A DNA stretch of 51,113 nt from Octopus bimaculoides (taxonomy: Eukaryota): positions 160,786,787-160,837,899 of the forward strand of contig NC_068982.1 in NCBI RefSeq assembly GCF_001194135.2, in the 5' to 3' direction. Both the position numbers and the translations under genes were made by a program. The notes under the pieces are model-generated. The model saw nothing but the letters and a program-made list of their open reading frames with translations. It did not search any database and was not told the origin of the DNA. This document shows, in pieces, positions 50,159-51,113 of the stretch. How positions within the stretch are numbered: position 1 is the stretch's first letter; each line of letters opens with the position of its first letter.

Positions 50159-51113
50159 GTGTGCGTGTTGTGTATGTGTCTGTCTGTCTGTTGGTGTGTG
50201 GGTGATATGAGCGTGTGAATGTGTGTAAAAAAATAATAACAGATGCATTGGTTCACAGCTGTTTCAGACGTGTTTTTTTATTAGTGAACAGATGTGTTAC
50301 ACCATGCATCAGGTGAACACAGGTAAAAATTAAATATTTTTAACATCTCAAGAACAAGTACTAAGTGCCAGTCGACGATACCGACCCAAATACGATCAGA
50401 GAGTGAAGACTTTAAGCTAGCATCAAGTTTATAAAGAGGACCTCATTAAGGGTCCTAAATCAGGGAGTGGAGTTGGTGGGTGAAAACAAGAAGCACGCGG
50501 GAGAAGAAATACAGAAGAGAAGAGAGAGAAGGGAAAGTGAATGATCACGTTTGACCTCGTAAAGAATTGTAAATATAAGGATATTTCTAGTTATTTGAGA
50601 GAGTCTTAGACGCAAAAGCAATAAAAAGCAATAAGAATAGAAAGATAGGGTGAACCAGATAACTACATACATACATAGATGCATTCATACATATATATAC
50701 ATACATACCTACATGCATACATACATACATACATACATACATACATACATACATACATACATACATACATACATACATAACTACATACATATATACGTAC
50801 ATACATATTGTGTTATCTGTTTATCATTTACCGACCTCGGAACCTCAACTTGATTTAGATCTAGAGTCTATTGACTGCAGTGCAACAGGTGCAGTGTTTG
50901 TCTCATATATGACCTGGACGACTCGGTGTGTATTCAGTCAGTCATTTGTGATTGTACGCACAACCGGAGGACAAATTCGTATTTACATTCGTAAGTACGT
51001 ATTTGTCCTTAAATATTGTTTGTACACAATAGCACTATCACCGACCTAACCTTGGTGTTCTACTATTTATGTACCTGATTCTCTTGAATCCTGGAAATTT
51101 TATATTATATATA

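Overview
AT-rich animal genomic DNA: intronic or intergenic, microsatellite-laden, with 12 N-gaps, most of them bounded by (TA)n arrays. The SINE families and repeat landscape suggest an octopus (inference, not verified). I cannot support any intact protein-coding gene, rRNA, functional tRNA or CRISPR array. The longest ORFs in the supplied track are artefacts of microsatellites and N-runs. The window is a graveyard of transposable elements. LINEs: three R4/Dong-like (restriction-like endonuclease) fragments, two RTE relics, a CR1-type endonuclease relic and a frame-intact CR1-type 3' end. Other elements: a Penelope-like RT relic, a DD37D (maT) Tc1/mariner relic and about a dozen tRNA-derived SINE copies from two families, two with perfect target-site duplications. 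Most notable: (1) two (AAT)n-anchored R4/Dong elements that share a ~94% identical 5' end and the same premature stop, both lack the RT domain, and carry unrelated 3' halves; (2) two minimal type-I hammerhead-like motifs exactly 242 bp apart (Penelope pLTR or retrozyme-like); (3) a SINE/CR1 shared 3' tail; (4) a tandem SINE trimer preceded by a tRNA-like 73-mer. A few isolated exon candidates are reported at low confidence. All alignments and translations were done by eye.
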